Counted from the stretch's first letter, positions 25,164 through 41,668 are shown. The stretch: DNA of 64,000 nucleotides from Octopus vulgaris (GCA_951406725.2 OX597820.1:106330001-106394000), one strand, 5' to 3'. The notes: generated by a model from the letters alone, not told the origin. Translations and numbers: made by a program.

Positions 25164-25417
25164 CTATCTATACTATAACATTTTACGTTACAAACTATTT
25201 CACAAAGTAATTTGAATTGAAGAAACGTACGTAGTCTTTTTGTGGTCTAGATAAATTGTTTTTATCATATATTTTATTTTTTCTCTGTGCTGCATCTTTT
25301 TCTGTATATGTTTTTTCTGTATATGTTTTATGTCATAGTTTGAATTACATAATAAAGGTTTTTCTCAAATTTACATATATATATATATTATATATATACA
25401 ATATATATATATATATA

Positions 25418-25815
25418 GGCGCAGGAGTGGCTTTGTGGTAAGTAGCTTGCTAACCAACCACATGGTTTCGGGTTCAGTCCTACTGCATGGCATCTTGGGC
25501 AAGTGTCTTCTGCTATAGCCCCGGGCCGACCAATGCCTTGTGAGTGGATTTGGTAGACGGAAACTGAAAGAAGCCTGTCGTATATATGTATGTATATATA
25601 TATGTGTGTGTGTGTGTGTCTGTCCCCTGAGCATTGCTTGACAACCGATGCTGGTGTGTTTACATCCCCGTCACTTAGCGGTTCAGCAAAAGAGACCGAT
25701 AGAATAAGTACTGGGCTTACAAAGAATAAGTCCCGGGGTCGATTTGCTCGACTAAAGGCGGTGCTCCAGCATGGCCACAGTCAAATGACTGAAACAAGTA
25801 AAAGAGGAAAGAGGA
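25418..25815 (+). mobile_element. SINE family A
   Basis: Full head, central microsatellite and CR1-like tail; flanked by (TA)n. Confidence 0.88.
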
Positions 25816-25849
25816 AATATACATACATACAATATATATATATAATATT

Positions 25850-26930
25850 TATTGGTAAAACGGTAAGATAACAAAAGAAAGAAAGAGACCTCAATATTAT
25901 GTAAATAGAGGAAATTTATCTATACAATAATATGTTACATTACTCGATAGTCAAAATAAAACTCTGAGTTTCAGATGCTGAAGTGGAAATCCACAACACC
26001 ATCTCTTCGGTTATCTGGCTATTTGAAAACGCTAAGAAAAAATACCGTTATACAAAGGGAAATTACTGTGTTATAACTCCGCTTGCCTGCGTACTTATAC
26101 ATCGCTCGCATTTTTCGTCATAAAAATTGTATAAAAATACATAAAAAATATATAAAAAATATATAAAAATATATAAAATCTTCTTGGGACATAACATAGA
26201 AAGCATGTTCTATCTTTTTCTTTAGGGGACCAAAAACGTAACAGAAATTTAGTCACATGTGGGCATGATCCGAAAAGTTCTGTCCTTGTGTTTAGACATG
26301 TAGTAGGGTCTAAGCTGCTTTTCCAGATAAGCCATCTCTCCATGTCGCATAAACCGCACCTTCCGCTGCCGTTGGTATAGGGCTTACATCTGGCCAAAAT
26401 CTTCCAATGTATGTTATAATCGACACCTTTATCTCTTAAAGACCAAAATATATATATGGTCTTTAAGAGATAAAGGTGTCGATTATAACATACATTGGAA
26501 GATTTTGGCCAGATGTAAGCCCTATACCAACGGCAGCGAAGGTGCGGTCTAGCAGCTTAGACCCTACTACATGTCTAAACACAAGGACAGAACTTTTCGG
26601 ATCATGCCCATATGTGACTAAATTTCTGTTACGTTTTTGGTCCCCTAAAGAAAACAGATAGAACATGCTTTCTATGTTATGTCCCAAGAAGATTTTATAT
26701 ATTTTTTATGTATTTTATAATTTTTATGACGAAAAATGCGAGCGATGTATAAGTACGCAGGCAAGCAGAGTTATAACACAGTAATTTCCCTTTGTATAAC
26801 GGTATTTTTTCATAGCGTTTTCAAATAGCCAGATAACCGAAGAGATGGTGTTGTGGATTTCCACTTCAGCATCTCAAACTCAGAGTTTTATCTTGACTAT
26901 CGAGAAATGTAACATATTATTGTATAGATA
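25850..26930 (-). mobile_element. Penelope-like element 3' fragment (GIY-YIG C-terminus) with inverted copy forming a ~1-kb palindrome
   Basis: Minus strand WSLRDKGVDYNIHWKILARCKPYTNGSGRCGLCDMERWLI...LNTRTELFGSCPH; arms 25917-26445 and 26457-26930; hammerhead-like motif at 25953-26016(-). Confidence 0.85.
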
Positions 26931-28355
<1,425 letters not shown>

Positions 28356-28745
28356 GGCGCAGGAGTGGCTGTGTGGTAAGTAGCTTGCTAACCAACCACA
28401 TGGTTCCGGGTTCAGTCCCACTGCGTGGCATCTTGGGCAAGTGTCTTCTGCTATAGCCCCAGGCCGACCAATGCCTTGTGAGTTGATTTGGTAGACGGAA
28501 ACTGAAAGAAGCCCGTCGTATATATGTATGTGTTTGTGTGTCTGTGTTTATCCCCCTAGCATTGCTTGACAACCGATGCTGGTGTGTTTACATCCCCGTC
28601 ACTTAGTGGTTCGGCAAAAAGAGACCGATAGAATAAGTACTAAGCTTACAAAGAATAAGTCCCGGGGTCGATTTGCTCGACTAAAGGCGGTGCTCCAGCA
28701 TGGCCGCAGTCAAATGACTGAAACAAGTAAAAGAGTAAAAGAGTA
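28356..28745 (+). mobile_element. SINE family A
   Basis: Homologous to 25418-25815. Confidence 0.88.
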
Positions 28746-28798
28746 ATATATATATATATATATATATACATACAATATATATATATACATACAATATA

Positions 28799-28840
<42 letters not shown>

Positions 28841-28851
28841 TGTATGTATAT

Positions 28852-29011
28852 GGATGGAAGCACTCCGTCGGTTACGACGACGAGGGTTCCGGTTGATCCA
28901 ATCAACGGAACAGCCTGCTTGTGAAATTAACGTGTAAGTGGCTGAGCACTCCACAGACACGTATACCCTTAACGTAGTTCTCGGGGATATTCAGCGTGAC
29001 ACAGAGAGTGA
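28852..29011 (-). mobile_element. CpG-rich repeat fragment, probably a SINE 3' end
   Basis: GC/CpG-rich block between (TA)n and an RTE tail; family not established. Confidence 0.4.
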
Positions 29012-29699
29012 CTGGCTTCTTGTGCCGGTGGCACATAAAAAGCACCATCCGAGCGTGGCCGACGCCAGCACCGCCTCGACTGGCTTCTGTGCAGGTGGCA
29101 CATAAAAAGCACCAACCGATCGTGGGATCTCGGAACATCTCACTGTGCTTGAGGAGACCTGTTGAGTCAAGTGCATGTACATGAACATCGATCCAAATAT
29201 CAATGGAAACAGTAGTTGTGATACCTGTGCCGGTGACACATAAAAAGCACCATCCAAACGTGGCCAAGCACCATCCGAACCTGGCCGTTGCCAGTGCAGC
29301 CTCCACTGGCTTCTGTGCCGGTGGCACATAAAAAGCACTATCCGAACGTGACCGATGCCAACCCTGCCTCGAATGGCTTCTGTGCCGGTGGCACATAAAA
29401 AGCACCATCCGAACGTGGCCGATGCCAGCACTGCCTTGACTGGCTTCTGTGACGGTAGCACATAAAAAAAAAGCACCAACCGATCGTGGCCGATGCCAGA
29501 CCCCTCTGGTTCCTGTGCAGGTGGCACGTAAAAAGCACCCACTACACTCACGGAGTGGTTGGCGTTAGGAAGGGCATCTAGCTGTAGAAACACTGCCAGA
29601 CCAGACTGGAGCCTGGGGCAGCCCCTTGCTCCCCAGACCCCGGTCGAACCGTCCAACCCGTGCTTGCGCGGAAAACGGACGTTAAACGATGATGATGAT
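29012..29699 (+). mobile_element. RTE 3' UTR with diverged ~66-bp repeat units
   Basis: About seven GTGCCGGTGGCACATAAAAAGCACC-type motifs; (GAT)n tail. Confidence 0.85.
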
Positions 29700-30509
<810 letters not shown>

Positions 30510-30510
<1 letters not shown>

Positions 30511-31290
30511 AAATATATAAATAAATGGAGTTTAATGCAGGTATAAATCAAATACTTTTACTTTTGACATATGTTTTGAAGATTTCACTGATATTATTCA
30601 AAAGAATAAATGGTATAAAACAATGCAATCTTCTCTTCAGGAAAGTGAAAAAACGAAACTCATCAATAATACATTTTAGTAAAAAATGATGGATATGTAT
30701 AGTGATTTACTGAACGCTATTAATATTGTTTGAAAAAACTTTATATGATATAACGTCAGAAGTAGCTTATAGAAAGAGTAGGGATATTAATAGTGAATGT
30801 TAAATATAAAGGAAATTAATGTTTAAATTATATATAATGATAGAGATTACTTACATGCACTAAAGGTGTGTTTTTGCCAATGTTTACATCGGTATGCATG
30901 CTCTATAAGCATGTTTCCTAGGGTATTTTTAGAAAAAATAATGAAAAATAGTTCAGAATTACAGCGAAGACAGAATTCCTTGCCTTTGTCATAAGGTATC
31001 GTGATTGAGAGAATCAACCATTCTAAATTAAATTGTTCATTGTGGTCTTTTAGATCCCAAATTTATTTACTGAGCCCTGTACTGTTACATTTATTCCTAT
31101 CTCTAAATATTGAGTAATGGATAGAAATTCTTTTAGATAACTCTAACGATGTGCTTCCAATGTAAAATCATACTTTATTCCTAGTATTGATTATACACTG
31201 GTACATAGAATTTTAAATTTTAGAGTTACTTGACATAAATTTAATTCTGTTGGAATTGACTTCAGATACAATTACCTTGTTATTAATATT
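30510..31290 (-). mobile_element. Second Penelope-like family, decayed 3' fragment (duplicate about 44496-45276)
   Basis: Minus strand STGLSK*IWDLKDHNEQFNLEWLIL..TIPYDKGKEFCLRCNSE...YRCKHW (GIY-YIG C-terminus); degenerate hammerhead at 30560-30646. Confidence 0.75.
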
Positions 31291-31299
31291 TATATATAC

Positions 31300-31663
<364 letters not shown>

Positions 31664-31765
31664 TATATATATATATCATATACATATATATGATATATAT
31701 ATATATATATATCATATATATATATATCATATACATATATATGATATATATATATATATATATAT

Positions 31766-31805
<40 letters not shown>

Positions 31806-31844
31806 TCATATATGATATATATATATCATATACATATATATGAT

Positions 31845-32081
31845 GTGCACAAAAAGCACCAACCGATTGTGGCCGATGCCAGACTCCCCTGACACCTGTG
31901 CAGGTGGCACGTAAAAAGCACCCACTACACTCGTGGAGTGGCTGGCGTTAGGAAAGGCATCCAACTATAGAAACACTGCCAGATCAGACTGGAGCCTGGT
32001 GCAGCCCCTGGCTTCCCAGAGCCCGGTCGAACCGTCCAACCCGTGCTAGCGCGGAAAACAGACGCTAAACGATGATGATGA
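31845..32081 (+). mobile_element. Short RTE 3' tail
   Basis: Same tail motifs and (GAT)n end, inside (TA)n. Confidence 0.8.
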
Positions 32082-32091
32082 TACATATATA

Positions 32092-32130
<39 letters not shown>

Positions 32131-32133
<3 letters not shown>

Positions 32134-32404
32134 ATAAAACGGTAAGATAACAAAAGAAAGAAAGAGACCTCAATATTATGTAAATAGAGGAAATTTATCT
32201 ATACAATATGTTACATTACTCGGTAGTCAAGATAAAACTCTGAGTTTCAGATGCCGAAGTGGAAATCCACAACACCATCTCTTCGGTTATCTGGCTATTT
32301 CTGGAAATAGCCAGATAACCGAAGAGATGGTGTTGTGGATTTCCACTTCGGCATCTGAAACTCAGAGTTTTATCTTGACTACCGAGTAATGTAACATATT
32401 GTAT

Positions 32405-32409
<5 letters not shown>
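32131..32409. mobile_element. Very short Penelope-like insertion forming a perfect palindrome with 106-bp arms (duplicate 46136-46349)
   Basis: Arms 32196-32301 and 32304-32409, 2-nt spacer TG; same family as 25850-26930. Confidence 0.85.
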
Positions 32410-32444
<35 letters not shown>

Positions 32445-32565
32445 GTAGCAACAAGGGCGGTGCCCCAGCATGGCCTCAGCCGGATGGCTGAAACAAGTAA
32501 AAGAGTATATATATATCATCATCATCATCGTTTAGCGTCCGTCTTTCATGCTAGCATGGGTTGGA

Positions 32566-32665
32566 NNNNNNNNNNNNNNNNNNNNNNNNNNNNNNNNNNN
32601 NNNNNNNNNNNNNNNNNNNNNNNNNNNNNNNNNNNNNNNNNNNNNNNNNNNNNNNNNNNNNNNNN
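32566..32665. other. Scaffold gap (100 N)
   Basis: Direct reading. Confidence 1.
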
Positions 32666-33254
32666 TGGTCTGTTCTTTTATTTTTTGATTCATTGTGTCA
32701 AATTGGATATTTATCTATTGCATTTCATTCAGACTGACATGGTTAATAATGAAGTGTATAGAAAGAATGCTTAAAAATAGCCACTTGTATTATATTGTAT
32801 GATATAATTATGTGTATGTAGTTCATTAGGAAGTGACAAGGACACACCCTAAGCTTGTATATACTCATACAATTCATATATACATGCAGACACACACAGA
32901 TATATGTACATAAGCGCATGGGCGCACATACACATACACACATATAGTTGAAATTTACGAAAAGACAAATTTAGAAAAATTAAAATAAAAGTTTTTTTAA
33001 AAGAATATTTGTATAGTGTGGCTGTTGCTAGCTTCCCCTGGTACCTGTGCCGGTGGCATGTAATATGCACCTACTACACTCACGGAGTGGTTGGCGTTAG
33101 GAAGGGCATCAAGCTGTAGAAACATTGCCAGATCAGACTGGAGCCTGATGCAGCCTCCTGGCTTCCCAGACCCCGTTCAAACCATCCAACCCGTGCTAGC
33201 ATGGAAAACGGACGTTAAACGATGATGATGATGAATATATATATATATATATAA

Positions 33255-34332
33255 GCCAGTATGCTCCGATGGATGTGTAATGTCAGTGTACTTACTCGAC
33301 AGAGCGTTAGTACCTTGAGAGAAATGTTGTATCTAAGAAGCATCAGTTGTTGTGTGCAAGAGAGACGATTGCGCTGGTATGGTCATGTGGCGAGAATGGA
33401 TGAAGAGAGGTGTGTGAGAAAGTGCCAATCCCTAGCAGTTGAGGGAACCCGTGGAAGAGGTAGACCCAGGAAAACCTGGGACGAGGTGGTGAAGCACGAC
33501 CTTCGGACGTTAGGTCTCACCATGGAAATGACTAGAGACCGAGACCTATGGAAGTATGCTGTGCGTGAGAAGACCCGGCAAGACTAGTGAAGCCATAATC
33601 CGTGGCCCCTACCTGGGACGTAGTCAGTCCACCTGTGCATACCTTCCTTCTTGTGACACTTGTGAAGACCTGTTGAGGCAAGTGAGAATCGAATCGTATC
33701 AAATCAAATCGAACCAAATCAAAATAGATGAACATCAATGGAATTTGTATCCTTGTGGTACCAGTGCCGGTGGCACATAAGAAAACCATCCGAACGTGAC
33801 CGTAGCCAGTACCGCAATGACTGGCCTCCGTGCTGAGGGCACGTAACAAACACCATCCGAGCGTGGCCGTCCGCCAGCCTCGTCTGGCACCTGTGTCGGT
33901 GGCACATACATAAAACACCATCCGAGCGTGGCCGTCTGCCAGCCTCGTCTGGCACCTGTGTCGGTGGCACATAAAAAACACCATCCGAGCGTGGCCGTCT
34001 GCCAGCCTCGTCTGGCACCTGTGTCGGTGGCACATAAAAAACACCATCCGAGCGTGGCCGTCTGCCAGCCTCGTCTGGCACCTGTGTCGGTGGCACATAA
34101 AAAACACCATCCGAGCGTGGCCGTCTGCCAGCCTCGTCTGGCACCTGTGTCGGTGGCACATAAAATCACCCACTACACTCTCGGAGTGGTTGGCGTTAGG
34201 AAGGGCATCCAGCTGTAGAAACACTGCCACATCTGACTGGCCTGGTGCAGCCTTCGGGCTTCCCAGACCCCAGTTGAACCGTCCAACCCATGCTAGCATG
34301 GAAAGCGGACGTTAAACGATGATGATGATGAT
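33255..34332 (+). mobile_element. RTE fragment, copy B (63-bp array of 5 units at 33848-34164)
   Basis: Duplicate of 19275-20414. Confidence 0.9.
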
Positions 34333-34342
34333 ATGTATATAT

Positions 34343-36126
34343 ATTCACTACACCTCTAGGACACAGACAAGTAAACAACCCAGAAGAATTCTTTGCCACT
34401 TTACCTGTGGCCAAAGAGGCAAAAATTGAGTACATCAACATTGAAGATGATGATATCACACTAGCCATAGATGAGATTGACACAAACTCAGCTGCTGGAC
34501 CTGATGGATTTCCAGCGATCCTTCTCAAATTGTGCAAACGAGCCCTTGCAAAACCGCTACAGCTTCTTTTTCAGAGCTTTCTTGCAAGTGGTATGCTCCC
34601 AGTCAAACTGAAAGAGGGGGTAATATGCCCTATCCATAAGGGAGGAAGCAGAGCAGATGCTAAAAATTATAGGCCTATCTCTCTGACCTCACACATCAGC
34701 AAAGTCATAGAACGAATAGTCCGCAAGAAACTAATCATGTTCCTTGAAGAAAATGACTTGCTGACTTACACCCAGCATGAATTTCGACCAGGTAGAGGCT
34801 GCCTAACACAGCTCCTGCAACACTATGACTGGGTGTTAAAACAGCTACCAAATAGCTCAAATGTGGATGTGATATATCTCGACTTTGCAAAAGCCTTTGA
34901 TAAAGTCAACCATGGTATGATTTGTCACAAACTGCGTGGTCTCGGCATAGGCGGAAAACTTGGAGAGTGGCTGCACAACTTCCTAAAAGATAGAAGGCAG
35001 GCAGTTGTGGCCAATGGAGCCACCTCCAAGGAAATACAAATAACAAGCGGTGTTCCACAGGGCACTGTCTTGGGGCCACTGCTGTTCATAGTGACCCTTT
35101 CAGATATGCCCTCAGTTGCTAAGATGGCCACCCTTGCTAGCTATGCAGATGACAGAAAAGTCTCCCACACAATACAAAACCCTGGAAATATTGCACATCT
35201 GCAACAGAAGTTGGATACAATATACAGGTGGGCTGAGGACAGCAACATGCAGTTTAATGCAGGGAAGTTCCAGGCCCTGCACTACCGGCACACAAAGGTA
35301 AACGACATGCAGACTGGATACACTGGCCTGGGAAGAATTGTAATTCCTGAGTCAAAATCAGTGCGTGACCTGGGCATTGATATGAGCAATGATGCATCTT
35401 TCCAAGTGCATATTACTAATTTGGTGATAAAATGCAGACGGCTAACTGGATGAATTCTCTGAACTTTCAGAACAAGAGAGAAGGAGACACTGATGGTCCT
35501 TTGGAAAACTTTCGTCCTCAGCCGCTTAGACTACTGCTCCCAACTATGGTTACCACACAATATAAAGCTAACAGCAGAACTTGAAGCAATTCAAAGAAGC
35601 TACACTAAGAAGATCGTCTCAATGCAACATATCAGCTACTGGGAAAGACTGAAAGTATTAAAACTCTTCTCCCTAGAGCGAAGGCGGGAGAGATATGCAG
35701 TGATATACATCTGGAAAATCCTGGAGGGTCTTGTCCCAAACTTTGGCATTCAAAGTTACTCCAACCGCAGAACAGGGCGCCACTGCATGGTGCCAAAGAT
35801 TCCAACATCACCATCAAAATACAGGACCAGATACTGCAACAGCTTGGGTTTCAGAGGACCACAGCTCTTCAACATCCTCCCTAAATGCCTGAGAAACTTG
35901 CATGGTGTGGATGTGGGTTTCTTTAAAACTAAACTGGATCTCTTCTTGTCAGGGATCCCAGATGAACCTACCTCTCGGCAGGAGACACAGATGCGGGCAG
36001 CAGCATTGAACTCCCTTGTTGACCAAGTGCCACATATCAGAGGTGGATTCACATACTAGTGTAGCTCATTCAGCAGTGGTGCCCCACCATGGCCGCAGCC
36101 TTCGGGCTGAAACATTTTTAAGGATT
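34343..36126 (+). mobile_element. CR1-like LINE, copy B
   Basis: ORFs 34407-35453 and 35493-36059 identical to copy A. Confidence 0.9.
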
Positions 36127-37542
36127 TATATACAATATATATATATATATATACTATATATATATATATATATACACTTTCAGAGGGTTAGGAAGAGCAT
36201 CCAGCTGTAGAAACTCTGCCAGATCAAGATTGCAGCCATCTGGTTCGCCAGTCCTCAGTCAAATCGTCCAACCCATGCTAGCATGGAAAGTGGACGTTAA
36301 ACGGTGATGATGATGATGATGATACAATATATGATAAAAACAATTTATCTAAATCACAAAAAGTAGATAATAATAAACAGTATATAATAAGTAAAAAGAC
36401 TACGTACGTTTCGTGGCTATAACTTCAATTCGAATTAAATTTAAATTTAATGGATCCAAAAACAATTCAATTTAAAAGTATAGTCACTCCTCAGGTCAAT
36501 AATAATAACAATAATTTTTAAATAAATACATATTTTTGATAAATAATCAATAATCAAACAGAATTAAACAATATTTCTTAAAGAAATAAAAACATGATTC
36601 TTCTTAACTAAATTTAAAACTTAAAAGAAGGACCAGGTGTTTATAATACATTTATCATGTTAAAAACCTATGGTAAAAAAAATAGAGTAAATAGATAGAA
36701 ATATGTATTTTATCTGTGAAGATATATTTTAGCTTTGAGAATAATCTAAACAAACTATAGTATATGTTTACTGGAAAAATATAAGAGTCAAAATAATTAA
36801 AATTTAAAAAATACTTAAAATACATCATATACTTAAGTTAAACTAAATTACTATAATTTAATCTATATTTATTAATTAATTAAATAAATTGTGTATTAAT
36901 TTGATCCGATACTATGTACTAAACTCTATACAAAACATGTCTCGACTAAAAATATATCTAATATCAACAATGTTGCAGCCACAATCCTGCAATAGTATTT
37001 TGTATATATTTCAACAATATGCTCACAAATAATTTAAACTTATTACATAAATTAACTAATTTATGTCTAGAACTAATATTTCACTCATTGATAAAATAAA
37101 CAAAGTACTTATTATAATTATTAAATTCAATAGTATATAAAGAAAAAAAGCTTTTCACTACCTATATTATAATATTTTACGTTATAAACTATTACACAAA
37201 CAACCACAAATAATACTTTTAGATTTTAGTTCACATATAATAATTATAATAATAAGAATAATTAAATAAAAATACGTATTTTAACTTATAATTATAATTA
37301 ACAATTAAAAAAAAATTAGAAATACATTTTTTTAATCAATTATCATATAAATTTCACCATTATTTCTTAAATAAAACATATACTTATTTTTTTGAAGATA
37401 TTTTATGAACTGAAAAATATTTTAAATGAAAAACATAGAACTTAGTTTTTATATGTCTAGATCTAATATTTTGCTTATTAAGGAAAATACTTATTATTAT
37501 TATTATTATTATTAAATTCAATAGTACAAAAAAAATAATAAC

Positions 37543-39081
37543 TTTTCAGAGCTTCATTGCAACTGGCAAACTTCCAAGAAAACTGAAGGAAGGTAAAATA
37601 TGCCCTATTCATAAAGGAGGTAGCAGAGCGGAGGCCAAGAACTACAGACCTATCTCTCTGACCTCACACATAGCAAGGTCATGGAACGAATAGTCAGAAG
37701 GAAACTAATCGCCTTCCTTGAAGAAAATAGCTTGCTGCCTGACACCCAACATGGTTTCCGACCAAGAAGAAGCTGCCTAACTCAGCTCCTACAACACTAT
37801 GACTGGGTGCTGAAACGGCTGCTCAACCATTCAAATGTGGAAGTGATATATCTCGACTTTGCAAAGGCCTTTGATAAAGTCGATCATGGAATGATATGTC
37901 ACAAGCTGCGTGATCTTGGCATAGTTGGAAAATGGGAGAATGGCTTCATGACTTTCTGAAGGATAGAAGTCAGGTGGTAGTAGCCAATGGGGCCACCTCC
38001 AATGACACGCAAATAGTGAGCGGTGTTTTGCAAGGCACTGTTTTGGGACCACTACTGTTCATAATGGCTCTCTCAGACATGCCCTCAGTGACGCAGAGAG
38101 CCACAATCACAAGTTATGCAGATGATACAAAAGTTTCACAGGCAGTACAGAACCCTGAAGACACTATGCACCTGCAATGTGAGCTGGACAAAATATACAA
38201 GTGGGCTGAAAAAAATAGCATGCAGTTCAATGCTGAAAAGTTTCAAGCTTTGTGCTATCAGCATGCAAAACTAAATGCAATAACCAATAAATACACTGGA
38301 CCTGGAGGGATTGCAATCCCAGAGGCACAATCAGTGCGAGACCTGGGCATTTACATGAGTAATGATGCAACCTTTCATGTGCATGCTGCTAAATTGGCAA
38401 TGAAATGTAGGCGGCTGACCGGATGGATTCTTAGAGCTTTTAGAACAAGAGACCAGGAAACCATGATGGTCCTAAGCCACTTTGACTATTGCTCTCAGCT
38501 ATGGTCACCAACCAGTGTCAAATTAATCTCAGAACTTGAGGCAATCCAATGAAGCCACATGAAGAAGATAGCCTCTATGCAGCATATAAGCTGCTGGGAA
38601 AGACTCAAGAGATTAAGACTATTCCTTAGAGCGTAGGCGAGAAAGATATGCCATAATATACATCTGGAAGATCCTGGAAGGACTTGTCCCAAACTTTGGC
38701 ATCGAGAGTTACACAAATACTAGAACTGGGCACCACTGCATAGTGCCAAGGACTACAAAATTTGCCATCAAGATGTAGGACAAGATACTGCAATAGCCTG
38801 GGCTTCAGAGGTCCACAGCTCTTCAATATCCTCCAAAAGGACCTGCATGGGGTGGATGTAGGTGTCTTCAAACTAAAGCTGGACCTCTTCCTCTCAGGTG
38901 TCCCAGATGAACCAACTTCGCAGCAGGAGATGCAGTTGAGGGCAGCTGCTTCAGGCTCTTCCATGCACCAAATGTCAATTGCTAAAAAGCATTCGTGAAG
39001 TAAAATCATGTAGCAACACCAAATGGCGGTGCCCCAGCATGGCCACAGCTCGTGAGCTAAAACTAGAAACTAGAACTAGAA
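37543..39081 (+). mobile_element. Second CR1-like LINE, copy B
   Basis: Duplicate of 23625-25163. Confidence 0.9.
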
Positions 39082-39767
39082 CTATCTATACTATAACATT
39101 TTACGTTACAAACTATTTCACAAAGTAATTTGAATTGAAGAAACGTACGTAGTCTTTTTGTGGTCTAGATAAATTGTTTTTATCATATATTTTATTTTTT
39201 CTCTGTGCTGCATCTTTTTCTGTATATGTTTTTTCTGTATATGTTTTATGTCATAGTTTGAATTACATAATAAAGGTTTTTCTCAAATTTACATATATAT
39301 ATATATTATATATATACAATATATATATATATATAGGCGCAGGAGTGGCTTTGTGGTAAGTAGCTTGCTAACCAACCACATGGTTTCGGGTTCAGTCCTA
39401 CTGCATGGCATCTTGGGCAAGTGTCTTCTGCTATAGCCCCGGGCCGACCAATGCCTTGTGAGTGGATTTGGTAGACGGAAACTGAAAGAAGCCTGTCGTA
39501 TATATGTATGTATATATATATGTGTGTGTGTGTGTGTCTGTCCCCTGAGCATTGCTTGACAACCGATGCTGGTGTGTTTACATCCCCGTCACTTAGCGGT
39601 TCAGCAAAAGAGACCGATAGAATAAGTACTGGGCTTACAAAGAATAAGTCCCGGGGTCGATTTGCTCGACTAAAGGCGGTGCTCCAGCATGGCCACAGTC
39701 AAATGACTGAAACAAGTAAAAGAGGAAAGAGGAAATATACATACATACAATATATATATATAATATT

Positions 39768-40849
39768 TATTGGTAAAACGGTAAGATAACAAAAGAAAGA
39801 AAGAGACCTCAATATTATGTAAATAGAGGAAATTTATCTATACAATAATATGTTACATTACTCGATAGTCAAAATAAAACTCTGAGTTTCAGATGCTGAA
39901 GTGGAAATCCACAACACCATCTCTTCGGTTATCTGGCTATTTGAAAACGCTAAGAAAAAATACCGTTATACAAAGGGAAATTACTGTGTTATAACTCCGC
40001 TTGCCTGCGTACTTATACATCGCTCGCATTTTTCGTCATAAAAATTGTATAAAAATACATAAAAAATATATAAAAAATATATAAAAATATATAAAATCTT
40101 CTTGGGACATAACATAGAAAGCATGTTCTATCTTTTTCTTTAGGGGACCAAAAACGTAACAGAAATTTAGTCACATGTGGGTATGATCCGAAAAGTTCTG
40201 TCCTTGTGTTTAGACATGTAGTAGGGTCTAAGCTGCTTTTCCAGATAAGCCATCTCTCCATGTCGCATAAACCGCACCTTCCGCTGCCGTTGGTATAGGG
40301 CTTACATCTGGCCAAAATCTTCCAATGTATGTTATAATCGACACCTTTATCTCTTAAAGACCAAAATATATATATGGTCTTTAAGAGATAAAGGTGTCGA
40401 TTATAACATACATTGGAAGATTTTGGCCAGATGTAAGCCCTATACCAACGGCAGCGGAAGGTGCGGTCTAGCAGCTTAGACCCTACTACATGTCTAAACA
40501 CAAGGACAGAACTTTTCGGATCATGCCCATATGTGACTAAATTTCTGTTACGTTTTTGGTCCCCTAAAGAAAACAGATAGAACATGCTTTCTATGTTATG
40601 TCCCAAGAAGATTTTATATATTTTTTATGTATTTTATAATTTTTATGACGAAAAATGCGAGCGATGTATAAGTACGCAGGCAAGCAGAGTTATAACACAG
40701 TAATTTCCCTTTGTATAACGGTATTTTTTCATAGCGTTTTCAAATAGCCAGATAACCGAAGAGATGGTGTTGTGGATTTCCACTTCAGCATCTCAAACTC
40801 AGAGTTTTATCTTGACTATCGAGTAATGTAACATATTATTGTATAGATA
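39768..40849 (-). mobile_element. Penelope-like palindrome, copy B
   Basis: Duplicate of 25850-26930. Confidence 0.85.
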
Positions 40850-40944
40850 TATATAATATTTATATATATATATATACACATATAATATATATATACAATA
40901 TATATATATACATACAATACACACACATACACACACACATATAT

Positions 40945-41091
<147 letters not shown>

Positions 41092-41150
41092 TATATATAT
41101 ACACATACATACATATACACATATACACATACACATATATACATATATAT

Positions 41151-41563
<413 letters not shown>

Positions 41564-41564
41564 C

Positions 41565-41639
<75 letters not shown>

Positions 41640-41668
41640 CATATATATATATACATATATATATATAC

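Larger units (their letters stand above)
22408..25372 (-). mobile_element. AT-rich non-coding Penelope-type element with inverted end, interrupted by a CR1-like LINE
   Basis: Hammerhead at 22480-22579; 22410-22494 recurs inverted at 25222-25272; internal ~390-bp-period duplication resumes after the LINE. Confidence 0.6.

Noticed and set aside
25418-25495. tRNA genes at SINE heads
   Set aside because: No complete cloverleaf; they continue into SINE bodies
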